DNA of 64,000 nucleotides, taken from IMG/VR virus record IMGVR_UViG_3300035660_000006; one strand, given 5' to 3'. Position numbers and translations under genes: made by a program. Each line of letters begins with the position of its first letter. The stretch's first letter is position 1. Source of the stretch: a virus. This document shows, piece by piece, positions 49,065 to 59,655 of this stretch. The notes under the pieces were generated by a model. The model saw only the letters and a program-made list of their open reading frames with translations, was not told where the DNA came from and made no database searches.

Positions 49065-49087
49065 AAAATATTTAAATATTTGTAAGT
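49065..49087 (+). promoter_or_regulatory. conserved palindromic promoter element GAAAATATTTAAATATTTGTAAG
   Basis: identical to the 60625 copy; ATG 22 nt downstream. Confidence 0.6.
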
Positions 49088-49108
49088 TCTAAATAATAAT
49101 AGATTATT

Positions 49109-50008
49109 ATGAAGATAACCAAAAAAAATATCTTAATGTCGATGTTTGTCCTCTCAATTACTCTATTTTCAGTAATGGCTATGTATGGTGAAAAGGTTGT
49201 ATCCGATGGAAGAATTGCTTGGGTATCACACACAGAATATTGGTCTAACGAGGAAGGGCAGAGCATCGTAAGACTTCAAGATTTTCAGGGCAGACCAATC
49301 ACAGCAAATTGGTGTAATGTAACCATTTATTATCCTGACAAGACTGCATTTGTCACAAACCAGCCTATGCTTGTAAATTCTATCGTTGGCAATTATTATT
49401 ACAATTTTACAACCCCAAACACTATGGGTATTTATGAAGAATTTGTAAATTGTTCTTATGGGAGTCCAAATGAAAAGTTTGTTTCAACTTCTGAATCATT
49501 CCACATGAATCCAGCACTTAATATGACTTGGTATCTAAACCAATCCTTGTCAGATTTGAATATTACACTAAACAATTATGGGGTAAACATAACAGCAATA
49601 AGGAATGACACTATGTATATTGTCGACAATATGGTAAACAAAACTAACTTTGACGATTGGAAGAATAACGCAACAAACCAATTCAGCGATGTAAAGACAA
49701 ACCTGACACTCGCAATAAATGGATTATGTAATACAACCGACAGCAATTCAAGTGATATGTGTCAATTATTGTGGAATATGACAGCGTTCCAACAAGCACA
49801 GAACATAACTTTCACTAATTACTTCGAGAACATAACAGAGACTACAACAAACCTGTGGAATTTTACTTCAGGAACTTTATTTAATAAATTAAATGATACT
49901 TATAATCTGGTCTTCGATATAAATGTAACAGTTAATAAAATACAAGAAAATGTAACAGCAATAAGACAAGACCAAGTTGATGATGTTCATATTAATATAA
50001 TTAGTTAA
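49109..50008 (+). CDS. secreted N-glycosylation-rich protein, WVSHTEY family
   Basis: WVSHTEYWSNEEGQ...CNVTIYYPDKT...NFTTPNTMGIYEEFVNC. Confidence 0.65.
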   Translation: MKITKKNILMSMFVLSITLFSVMAMYGEKVVSDGRIAWVSHTEYWSNEEGQSIVRLQDFQGRPITANWCNVTIYYPDKTAFVTNQPMLVNSIVGNYYYNFTTPNTMGIYEEFVNCSYGSPNEKFVSTSESFHMNPALNMTWYLNQSLSDLNITLNNYGVNITAIRNDTMYIVDNMVNKTNFDDWKNNATNQFSDVKTNLTLAINGLCNTTDSNSSDMCQLLWNMTAFQQAQNITFTNYFENITETTTNLWNFTSGTLFNKLNDTYNLVFDINVTVNKIQENVTAIRQDQVDDVHINIIS

Positions 50009-50017
50009 GGTGAAAAA

Positions 50018-50305
50018 ATGCACGAATGGAAAAAAGTTGGTTATGTTGGTATAGATAGTGGAACTTTAATTTTAACTGACCCTGCTTACATGAAAGAAAA
50101 TTTACCAACTTATGAAGAATTAGTTGGTTTAAAGAAAAGCAGTAAAGTCAAAGGAGACATAACAAAAGAAGTTAAAGTTGGTGGAAGTAGTGCAGTAGTT
50201 ACAAATACAGGTTATGGAGATGGAAAATATCCTGTTTATGCCAAAATAACTGATGAAGGGAAATGGGGAAAAAGAGTTTCAGAGATAAAAGTAAAGTTTA
50301 TTTAA
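50018..50305 (+). CDS. small protein, MHEWKK start (M(V)HKK array 2)
   Basis: AAGGTGAAAAAATGCACGAATGG. Confidence 0.5.
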   Translation: MHEWKKVGYVGIDSGTLILTDPAYMKENLPTYEELVGLKKSSKVKGDITKEVKVGGSSAVVTNTGYGDGKYPVYAKITDEGKWGKRVSEIKVKFI

Positions 50306-50478
50306 ATAAAGGTGAAAAATATGCACAAAACAAAATATATGCTTTCAGATTGGACAAAAGAAGGTTTGAAAGAATTAGGTTTGTCGGAAAATAAGTTTAA
50401 TAAAATGTCAAAAAAAGAGCAGAAAGATTTAATTAAAGAACTTAAAGAAATGGGGCATTGGTAAATAAAGGTGAAAAT

Positions 50479-50727
50479 ATGGTTCATAATATAAGAAAAT
50501 GTGAAGCATGTCAAAATGCTGGTATTCAATGGAGATTACTCGATGAATTAAGACCCACAGCAAAACCATACAATGTATGTTCAAATTGCTTAATTGAATT
50601 GACAACAACATCACTTAAACCAAAAGAATTTAAAAATCTTCTAAAAAGTGGGCATAAAGAAGGAGAATTTTTATTGCATGAAGATTTTTACGATGAGAAG
50701 GGAAGAGCATTGCAACCAAAATGTTAA
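50479..50727 (+). CDS. small zinc-ribbon protein, MVHNIRK start
   Basis: AAGGTGAAAATATGGTTCATAAT; CEACQ...CSNC. Confidence 0.45.
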   Translation: MVHNIRKCEACQNAGIQWRLLDELRPTAKPYNVCSNCLIELTTTSLKPKEFKNLLKSGHKEGEFLLHEDFYDEKGRALQPKC

Positions 50728-51212
50728 AGGTGAAAAAAATGGTTCATAATGTCTATAAAAAATGGACTGAAAAAACGAAGGAAAAACTAAAAACAAAAAT
50801 AGATAAATTAAATCCATCTCAATTGGGTTATCTTGAAGAGATAGTTGATTCTGAGTTTTAAATTAAGGTGAAAAATATGCACAAAAAATGGAAAAAAAGA
50901 GATGTTTACGAATATATGGGTGCAGGTTTGCCAGAATATTTTGAGGGTAAACTCGTCTATGTTGGCAGACCAAGAATGAAAGTGAAAATCAAAAAGAAAA
51001 AGTGAGAATATGCACAAAAAAAAGAAATATCCATTAGTATTAAAATGGAAAAGTGTTTACGAAGCACCACAAGAAGAAATAGAAAGAAGATTCAAGAAAA
51101 TGTATGGGAAAAAACCAACTGAAGAAGAAATGAATGATATTCTTCTTGAAGGGGAATTCTAATAATTTGAATTTTTTTAAAAATTTAAATTCTTGAAAGT
51201 TAAATATTAATC

Positions 51213-52040
51213 ATGAAAATATTCACTTGGACTAATCTTGCAATATTCATTCTCTTCGTTTCATTAATAGGATTAGGAATTTATACGATAAACAAACCAT
51301 CAGAAAAGTTCGAGCAGAAGAGTCCTGAAGAAGCGTATCTTAATTGGGTTTCCCACACAGAATATATTGCTGGTGATACTACTGGGCAGGGAATAATATC
51401 TGTAAGTGACTATAAAGGAAGACCTTTGAATGCTTCATGTCTGCTCTCGCTGGTTTATCCTGACAATACTTTTGTGTTTACTGATTACGCTATGAGTCCT
51501 TCTATCATCGCTGGAAACTACTATCGTATATTCACAGTTCCGAACACATTTGGGGTATATACAGAGTTCGTAAACTGTTCTGTCCAGTTAAATCCAGCAG
51601 TAAATATTTCTGGAAGCAAAAGCAATTCAATCCATGTCAACCCAGCATTTGATTTTCTTGTCAATATTTCACAGAACATAACAGACTTGAAGCAAGAGTT
51701 TGTTAATTTCACAATTGATGTGCAGAATAATTTTACATACACAAACAATCTGATAGATAATCTTAATGATAGTTTAGTAATAAATTTGAACAATACTAAC
51801 CAATTAATAATTAATTCCACAAATAATATATCGACAAGTATCACAAATTTCAGAAATGAGGCATACACTTGGTATATAGACATAATAAGCAGAATATACA
51901 ATTGTTGTGAGAGATGGATAGAAGAAATCGGCAAGTTGGGGACATTAGGTGGAAATATGATACAAAGACTACCAACTGGTGGTGGAACTTCGCAGACTAA
52001 TATGCCAAGTTGGTTAAAAAGAATAATTGGTGGTGATTAA
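51213..52040 (+). CDS. secreted N-glycosylation-rich protein, WVSHTEY family paralog
   Basis: WVSHTEYIAGDTTGQ...VYPDNT...FTVPNTFGVYTEFVNC. Confidence 0.65.
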   Translation: MKIFTWTNLAIFILFVSLIGLGIYTINKPSEKFEQKSPEEAYLNWVSHTEYIAGDTTGQGIISVSDYKGRPLNASCLLSLVYPDNTFVFTDYAMSPSIIAGNYYRIFTVPNTFGVYTEFVNCSVQLNPAVNISGSKSNSIHVNPAFDFLVNISQNITDLKQEFVNFTIDVQNNFTYTNNLIDNLNDSLVINLNNTNQLIINSTNNISTSITNFRNEAYTWYIDIISRIYNCCERWIEEIGKLGTLGGNMIQRLPTGGGTSQTNMPSWLKRIIGGD

Positions 52041-52885
52041 TTGCATTCATTAGAGAGAGAAGAAGAACAACAAAGTGGTAATTTAATTAGCGAGGGAGTC
52101 GCTGGGTGGAAAATGCTTTTCAATGCGATAAAAAGGAAAAAACCAGAGGAACAGCAATCACAACCGATTAATAATTAATGCGTATAAAGGCAGAAAAATT
52201 TAACTTCCGAGAATATCAGCAGGTATTTGATGACGAAGTTTTATATTTATAATTTCACTTTTTCCACTTTTTTATAGATTAAAATTATATGTATACAATC
52301 GTATTCAATTATTTAATTTTAAAATCCTAACAATTTTTATGGATTTTGAAAACATGGAACATTTATTAAGAGTTCTTATTCTTGTTTTATTACTAATTGT
52401 CCTAATCGCAATAATTGTAAAACTTAACCAGACTTGGCATCTCTTCGATGGTTGGTTCAGGTCTATAAGTTGCTGGTTATTTGGCTGTTGAAAGTTTAAA
52501 ATCTGACATCTTGACATTCACTGACAAGTTGTCATTTTCTATACCTTATAAATAAAATTTTCTTCAAAACTATGTTTATCTATGAAAGTGATTACCTTAT
52601 GATAATCACTGAATTAGCCTTTAAAAAATAAAATGTGAAAAACATGGCAACAGTCAATGATACACTCTTTTAAGTCATTATGGTTTTAAAGAGGTCATAA
52701 TTGACTGACATTGGAAATGGAGTAGGTGCTTTGTTCACTGGTATGGGTGCAAGTTTGTAAGTGAAAATTTGCAGACCACCAGCCATTAGCAGTGTTCATC
52801 ATACTACTCGCAATAGGAACAGGGGTTGGATAGCAGAGGAATTTGCCCAAATACATCCTTGCTTCTATTGGTAGAAGGGTCGGTG

Positions 52886-52916
52886 CAAAGGTTTAAACCT
52901 TTGAATAGACTTTTTT
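52886..52916 (+). terminator. perfect 18-nt palindrome CAAAGGTTTAAACCTTTG followed by a T6 run (terminator-like or protein-binding site)
   Basis: direct reading; lies in an ORF-free region. Confidence 0.4.
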
Positions 52917-53050
52917 CCAAGTAGTCAGAATCGATGGGTTCTACCCCCAAGCGTAGAATGGCTTTTCTTTCTTTTTCTATTTTGTTAATAAATTAGACCT
53001 ATTACTCGATAAAAAACCTATATTCTAAAGTATATAAATATTTAAATACT

Positions 53051-53066
53051 ACTACGATAGAGTAGT
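53051..53066 (+). promoter_or_regulatory. palindrome ACTAC-GATAGA-GTAGT ending 5 nt before the endonuclease ATG
   Basis: related copies at 59636-59651 and 28846-28860. Confidence 0.5.
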
Positions 53067-53071
53067 GAAAT

Positions 53072-53875
53072 ATGAAGAAGTGTAAATATTGTAAGAACGA
53101 ACTTAAAAACCCTAAAAGAAGTTTTTGTAATCAAAAATGTTGGCATAGTTATTATTCTAAATATTATTCTGGAAAAAATAATCCTTGTTTTGGTATTAAA
53201 AAAAATGGAGAATACAAAAAATGTTCAAATTGTGGAAAAAAAATATGGGTTGTAAATAATAGATTGAGAAGACTAAATAATTATTTTTGTAATAGAAAAT
53301 GTTGGAGAAAATCAGAAAAGGAGTCAATAAAAGTCTTATGTAAATTTTGTGGAAAAGAAAAAATAACATACCCTTATGATAAGAATATAAAGAGAAATCA
53401 TTTTTGTAGTCAAAAATGTAAAGCAAAATGGCAGAGTGAAAATCTCAATGGAAAAAATAATAATAATTTTAATAATTATTGGAATAATCAACAAAAAAAA
53501 TCTCTTGGCGAAAAACAAAAAATAAGATTAAGAGAACATCCAGAAAAACATCCAAATAGAATTCTTGCAAAAAATGGACATATATCAACACCACAAAAAC
53601 AACTCTTCAAATTAATCAAATATTATTATCCTTCTGCTGAATTAAATCATAGAGTTATAACTAAAAATGGGTTTGGGCAAAGACATGCTGATGTTGGTCT
53701 CCCAGAATTTAAACTTGACATCGAATTTGATGGAGATTATTGGCACAACCCAGAAGATGATAGAGAAAGAGACCAAGAACTTCTCGAAGTTGGGTGGAAA
53801 ACTATTAGATTTGGTTATAAAGATTTGAAGACACCAGAAATGATAATTAAGAAAATAAAAGAATGGTTAAGTTAA
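53072..53875 (+). CDS. homing-endonuclease-like protein: three FCS-type zinc fingers plus a Vsr/DUF559-like PD-(D/E)xK domain
   Basis: CxxC...FC(N/S)xKC three times; C-terminal FDGDYWHNPEDD...GWKTIRF. Confidence 0.65.
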   Translation: MKKCKYCKNELKNPKRSFCNQKCWHSYYSKYYSGKNNPCFGIKKNGEYKKCSNCGKKIWVVNNRLRRLNNYFCNRKCWRKSEKESIKVLCKFCGKEKITYPYDKNIKRNHFCSQKCKAKWQSENLNGKNNNNFNNYWNNQQKKSLGEKQKIRLREHPEKHPNRILAKNGHISTPQKQLFKLIKYYYPSAELNHRVITKNGFGQRHADVGLPEFKLDIEFDGDYWHNPEDDRERDQELLEVGWKTIRFGYKDLKTPEMIIKKIKEWLS

Positions 53876-54732
53876 TCTTGAGGCTTTCCTATCGGCTGAT
53901 TTGTCTTGACTACCCACCGAGCATAAGGATTCATATTTATTAATTCACGACTAATATTAGCAAAATCTTCAACTTGGGCATATAGGGTATTGATTAATGC
54001 CCCATCTTTCTCTCTTTCAAAAACTTCTAATTTTCCATCAACAATATTCCCTGCTTTATCCCTCAAAACAGGATAGAAAAAATATCTTACCCTTTCAATT
54101 CCCACACCCTTAATAATAATTTTATCCCCATCTTTGATTGAAATATCATGCGTTAACTCAACAGTTTTTGTTTCTTCTGTTCCATCTTCCTTTTTTATCT
54201 TGTATTTGTATAATTTGTTGAGATTACATCTGATAATAAAATCTTCTTTAACAAGGTCGAAGAAGTCTAACCTAATCGGAACAGCAAATAAATACCATTT
54301 TTTATATTTCCAAAGACGAATATTTTGAAAACCATCTTGAGTTATGCATTCACCTAAATATTTTCCAAGATATTTCATTCCTTTATCATGAATAAGCCAA
54401 ACTTCTTTAATTGTTGGGTCTTTCTGAAATTTGCATAGACTTTTCACTTTTTTGTAATCTTCCAAGAAGACATCAACTTTCACCTTCATCCTCTTAATAA
54501 GCAAAATAATGAAAACTATAATCACTCCTGCGACTGCTATAACAATAAACCAGAGCCAATACTTTGCGATAAATCCAATTACCCCAGAAAATACTCCTGT
54601 GCTTTTTGATGGGATTGGCTCTATTACATTCTGTGCGAGAATAGGAAAGATTAAAAATAGAATTGTTAGTATGGGTAAAAACTTTTTCATGCAATAATAT
54701 TTAGATTTTAACTTTAAAAACTTTAAATCCAA
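53872..54732 (-). CDS. membrane-anchored hypothetical protein (286 aa)
   Basis: N-terminal TM segments. Confidence 0.5.
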   Translation of the reverse strand: MDLKFLKLKSKYYCMKKFLPILTILFLIFPILAQNVIEPIPSKSTGVFSGVIGFIAKYWLWFIVIAVAGVIIVFIILLIKRMKVKVDVFLEDYKKVKSLCKFQKDPTIKEVWLIHDKGMKYLGKYLGECITQDGFQNIRLWKYKKWYLFAVPIRLDFFDLVKEDFIIRCNLNKLYKYKIKKEDGTEETKTVELTHDISIKDGDKIIIKGVGIERVRYFFYPVLRDKAGNIVDGKLEVFEREKDGALINTLYAQVEDFANISRELINMNPYARWVVKTNQPIGKPQD

Positions 54733-56440
54733 ATATATATTGTGTTAAAGAATAACTATAAATTTGAAAAAATTCAAAATATTCAAAATAAAGGTGATAA
54801 AAATAGCACCAGCACCAGAAATTATAGGATTGATGTCTTTTGTAGTAATAGTGGTAGCCATAATCATGTGGGTAGTGTATTGGAAACATGCAGACTTCAG
54901 TTAAAATATTTTGGGGGTGTCTAAATGGAAAACAACCCCAATAAAAGAGTAGATACATTTCTTTTTATAATTCTTTTTATTCAGATTTTGATTCTCATAG
55001 CAATGTTCTTGGTGATTCAACAAGTCAACAAAGCAGTTGTTGAAATCAAGAAATTCTGTTGGGGGAATAAGATAGCAGACGCAATAGCGAACCCCCAGCA
55101 ACCAAGTTTGAATATAATTCAATAGGTGGGAACAATCAAAAAAGAACAAATCACAAAAATGCTAAATGACAGGATAAAATATTGGCTACAACCCAAACCT
55201 AAAAATTTAACAGTATCACCAAGTGAAGTGAAAATAAACACAGAAGAGTTGTTCAAATTTTCCTCAAGAATGATTGTTGAAGAATTAAAATTTATTAAAA
55301 AACAAATGAGGGCGATAGAATGAACATAATAATCGAATTTTTGTTGTTGATTTTTTTATTGAAAACTCTGCAAGTAAATTCAGGATTAGTGATAATTTTA
55401 ATTTGTCTGTATTTTATAATAAAATTTACAGGTTGGATTTTTTATTCAATATTTAAAGGGCTTATTGAGTATGTTAAAAAAAAGATAGAGGAGAGTTAAA
55501 TGACAACATATTTTGCATACATATTTGAATTGAAGAAGGACACACCAATCTTAAAGAAGAAATTAGAATTGCTTCTGACAAAGAATTTTACTAAATTTAC
55601 CAAAGGAGTAAGGCAATCTGATGACCTAAAAGTTTATATGAAGCAGGGCAACAAACTGGTGGTTGAATAAATGGTAATATTCGAGTTGGGAACAAAATTA
55701 GGCTCACTTGAAAAAAAATTAGGTAGAGAATCAATAGTTATGGAAATCAGCGAGTGGGAAATGAACACAATTCTTAGAGTCTTGGCAACAAGAAACAAAC
55801 CGATGTATGTCAGGATTGTCAATGAACTCATAAATGAGGCAAAGAAGGAAGGATATGATATGATGATTGCCACAGAAAAAGTGAAAGTGAAATGTCCTAA
55901 CTGCAAAAAAGAGGTGGAGATATAAAATGAAAGATTGGGTATATTGGATGGGATTTGGCACAGGAATAGGTGTAGTTTTATTTGTATTTGTTGGACTCCC
56001 ACTCATTGCTTATTTGGGATTCACAAGAAAACTAAAGTTTCTTCCAAGATTTGAAGATTTAATGAAAGAATTTCCAAATTCACTGGAAGATTTACAGAAA
56101 AGACCACCATACAACAAGATGGATTTTTCAAGTGGCTTGATAGTTATGTATTTTGAATTGATTGTTTCGCATTACTTAATCAAGATAATAAAATTTTTCA
56201 AAAGAGGTAAATAATCATGTGGATGATTTTCCATTGCTGGATTGAATTAATTATGAGCCTTGTTTTTTGGGGCAAGGTTTATTTAGACTTGCAAAAACAT
56301 AGAACACCATTAAGAGATAGATGGGTTGATTTGACAATAGATTTGTTCATGGCTATTTTATTTTCAATTGCGTTCATTGATATGTTCATGAGTATAAATA
56401 CAGCAATCAAGTTGATTAACCTAATAAAAAATATTCCAAG

Positions 56441-56677
56441 ATGAATAGTATGGGGACAACACAGGACAAAATTTTGGAGACGTTGAAAGATAATTCAAAA
56501 GGGTTGACTGCAAGGGAAATTGCAAGAGAGATGAAATATCCCTACAATAGATTACCAACTATGCTTATGAGAATGAAGAATTTTAGTTTAATTGATTTTA
56601 TATTTAAAGATAATGAGAAAATTTGGAAATTAAACTATAAAGGTGAAAATGTTGGCGAGAAGAAAAAAAGTTTGTAG
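56441..56677 (+). CDS. small winged-helix (MarR-like) protein
   Basis: LTAREIAREMKYPYNRLPTMLMRM. Confidence 0.4.
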   Translation: MNSMGTTQDKILETLKDNSKGLTAREIAREMKYPYNRLPTMLMRMKNFSLIDFIFKDNEKIWKLNYKGENVGEKKKSL

Positions 56678-57063
56678 AAGATGCAAGAAGAAAGGAATTT
56701 TCAATGATGCTAAACAAAAATTTTGTAATGTCTGCAACCATGAGATAAATCATGATAAAAGAATTTATGATACTGGAAAGAAAAAAAATTATTGGGGGAG
56801 TAATAGAAGATAAGAGGTGTCTAAATGTGATAAAAAATAAATTCGCATTGGTGATGTGTTTTGGCTAAAAATTCTTGAAGGGAGACTTTCGGAATTAGTT
56901 ACATAGAAACACTTCTGCTACAATATACTTTCAATGCCTAATCGCATGAAAGGTTGCAAGAGCAGAAGACATTCGCAGTAATTATTCTGGCATACTCCAC
57001 ATTTGTTTAGAGATAGTCAAGGCTCACTCGAAGGTAGACCAATCCCCAGAAATTAAGAATGCG

Positions 57064-57387
57064 TTGAAGAGATTGGAATTTATTAAAAATAATACTTCAA
57101 CAAAATTAAACACACCATATTTTATTATTGTTCATAGCATAGCAAGAAACATGGCAAGACCATTAACATTCCCAATTGAAGTCAAGACTGGGAAAAGACA
57201 GACAAGGGAATTTGAACTCGGAGAACTCATTCAAGAATTAGAGGAAGCACATATTAAAATTAACGAGATAGAACAGCAGATTGCCCAGAATTATTCAATA
57301 GATATTCCACTCAACCAGCAAGGACAGGCTATTGTATTTGATTTCAATAATCCAAAGCAAGGTATGGAAGACAGATTCAAATTTTAA
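57064..57387 (+). CDS. hypothetical protein upstream of the endonuclease gene
   Basis: ORF. Confidence 0.4.
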   Translation: MKRLEFIKNNTSTKLNTPYFIIVHSIARNMARPLTFPIEVKTGKRQTREFELGELIQELEEAHIKINEIEQQIAQNYSIDIPLNQQGQAIVFDFNNPKQGMEDRFKF

Positions 57388-58361
57388 TGGTGAAAAAAAC
57401 GAATTGCAAAGAAATAAAAATTAATAGAGAAGAATTATTTAAAAAATATGTTATTGAAAAAAAATCAACACCAAAAATTGCTAATGAGGTTAATAGTAAT
57501 AGAGAAACAATTAGAAAACTTTTACATTTTTATAAAATACCAATTAAAATACCTATTAAAGAAACAATCAGTAAAGAAGAATTAGAAAAATTATATATTA
57601 ATAAAAAAATGTCTTGTAACGAAATAGCAGAAAAATTTAAAACTAATAGAGAAACTATAAGAAAATTACTTCATTTTTATAAAATTAAAATACAACCTTC
57701 TTCAGAAAGATTGAAAGGTAATAAATTTATGTTAGGTAAAAAACATTCAGAAGAAACTAAGATAAAAATAAGTCTTAAACATAAAGGTAAAAAATGTCCC
57801 TTTTTATCAGAATACAATAAAAAATATAAAAGTCAACAAATGAAAGAAAGATGGGAGAACCCATTTTATAGGAAACAACAATCTGAAAGTATGAAAAAAA
57901 ATAATCCAATGAAAAATCCAATTTTTAGAAAAAAGGTTAGTTTGTCAAAAATTGGAGATAAAAACCCATGTAAAAGACCTGAAGTAAAAGAAAAACTAAG
58001 AAAATTTAGAATGACACAAAAATTTCCTTTAAAAAATACAACAATTGAAACATTATTACAGAATGAACTTGAAAAAAGAAACATTCAATTTACTCCTCAT
58101 AAAACAATTTTAAATATAACACAACCAGATGTTTTTATCGAACCAAACATTTGTGTTTATTGTGATGGAGATTTTTGGCATAGTAATCCTAAATTTTATG
58201 ATAGAAATAATTTGAAATATAAAAGTCAAATAAACAATTTAAAAAATGATGAAAAAAATAATATAATTTTAAAAGAAAATAACTATAAAGTTTTTAGATT
58301 TTGGGAAAATGATATTTTAAATAATGTTTCAAAATGTGTAGAAGAGATAATAAATAATTGA
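57387..58361 (+). CDS. homing-endonuclease-like protein: HTH repeats plus NUMOD3 motifs plus Vsr/DUF559-like domain
   Basis: duplicated NRETIRKLLHFYKI; NUMOD3-like HSEETKIKIS...NPMKNPIFRKKVS; C-terminal CVYCDGDFWHSNP...RFWEND. Confidence 0.65.
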   Translation: MVKKTNCKEIKINREELFKKYVIEKKSTPKIANEVNSNRETIRKLLHFYKIPIKIPIKETISKEELEKLYINKKMSCNEIAEKFKTNRETIRKLLHFYKIKIQPSSERLKGNKFMLGKKHSEETKIKISLKHKGKKCPFLSEYNKKYKSQQMKERWENPFYRKQQSESMKKNNPMKNPIFRKKVSLSKIGDKNPCKRPEVKEKLRKFRMTQKFPLKNTTIETLLQNELEKRNIQFTPHKTILNITQPDVFIEPNICVYCDGDFWHSNPKFYDRNNLKYKSQINNLKNDEKNNIILKENNYKVFRFWENDILNNVSKCVEEIINN

Positions 58362-58512
58362 TTAATATGAAATGCGACAGATGTTTGAGATATTTTGACC
58401 AAAGTTGCCCTTTGATTTATGGAGAATTAATAACAGGTAATTGTAAATATTTTTTGAAATTAAATTAATAATTAAAAGAGGTGGTGATTAAAATTAGAAA
58501 AGGTGAATTTCA

Positions 58513-59604
58513 ATGGTAGAATTTCCAAAAATAGAACCAAAATTAGTAGCACCAAGAATCATCAATGCGAAATGGATTGTTGACCCAATTCAAGACACAG
58601 AATTACAGGAACAGATGAGTAAAAATCCAATGTTTGCAGAAGCAATTTTAAGACCAAGAACAGAACTTTTGATTAGAGCAATACAAGAAAAAGTGAGATA
58701 CAGGGAACATATAGGCATAGAAATTAAGGGAGGAACACGAACAGGAAAATCCAGCATAGCAATAGCACTTTGCAAATTCATAAGTGCATTGACAGGAGTC
58801 CCTTTCACTTTGAAACATATTTGCCCAAACGAGATAATTTATCTCCAAAGATTGAAAGACCCAAAATTACCAAATGGTAGTGTGTTTCTAATTGATGAGC
58901 AAACTGAAACGCATACAGGGGCAGGAAGTTATTCGGAAATGTCTGTCCTTGAAGATATTCAACAGATTTGTGCAAAGGAACAGATACATTCGATTTGGTG
59001 TCATCCTCATGAATTTGTTGGCAGGATGTCCACAATCGGACTTGAGACCTATGGGAAAGACCCAGAAAATCTTCTGTGTAGATGTATCATGTATAATATA
59101 GCAACAAGCAGATTGACTAAAGTTCCAATGGGGCAAGTGATTATTCCAGTAGGACAATTGTATAGTTGTGGCTTATTTGGTAAGCCGACAAGAACTGCAA
59201 CAGGATTGAATACAATAATAACATGCATTGAAGATATTTGTCCAAGATATGGAAAGTGTCAAGAATTCATGGCTCAATATGAATATGAGAAAGACAGCAA
59301 AATCAAGCAAGTAAGGACAAGAAGCCTAAAAGACAGGGAAGTGGAAAGGTTAATGATGATTGACCACATTGCAAAAGACAAGAACTTTCAGAATGCAAAG
59401 AATAATGATGAACGAATGAGTTTAGCCAGATTTTTAGTCCCTTTCGGAACTCCAGAAAAATTAATTGGAGAACTATTGAAAATGGCAGTCGCAGTAATTG
59501 AAAAAAGAATCGACATAAAAGAACTCAAGAAGAGTTTAGTCGAGCAAGGCAACATTTCGCAGGAAGAAAGTGAGGAAGGAGAAGAAAATGAGGAAGAGAA
59601 CTAA
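58513..59604 (+). CDS. P-loop NTPase (candidate DNA-packaging or replication ATPase)
   Basis: Walker A GGTRTGKSS; Walker B VFLIDEQTE; acidic C-terminus. Confidence 0.55.
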   Translation: MVEFPKIEPKLVAPRIINAKWIVDPIQDTELQEQMSKNPMFAEAILRPRTELLIRAIQEKVRYREHIGIEIKGGTRTGKSSIAIALCKFISALTGVPFTLKHICPNEIIYLQRLKDPKLPNGSVFLIDEQTETHTGAGSYSEMSVLEDIQQICAKEQIHSIWCHPHEFVGRMSTIGLETYGKDPENLLCRCIMYNIATSRLTKVPMGQVIIPVGQLYSCGLFGKPTRTATGLNTIITCIEDICPRYGKCQEFMAQYEYEKDSKIKQVRTRSLKDREVERLMMIDHIAKDKNFQNAKNNDERMSLARFLVPFGTPEKLIGELLKMAVAVIEKRIDIKELKKSLVEQGNISQEESEEGEENEEEN

Positions 59605-59635
59605 CTTTTTTCTTAAATAGATAAGTTTATATATA

Positions 59636-59651
59636 ACTACGATATAGTAGT
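59636..59651 (+). promoter_or_regulatory. palindrome ACTAC-GATATA-GTAGT ending 4 nt before the endonuclease-like ATG
   Basis: direct reading. Confidence 0.5.
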
Positions 59652-59655
59652 AATT

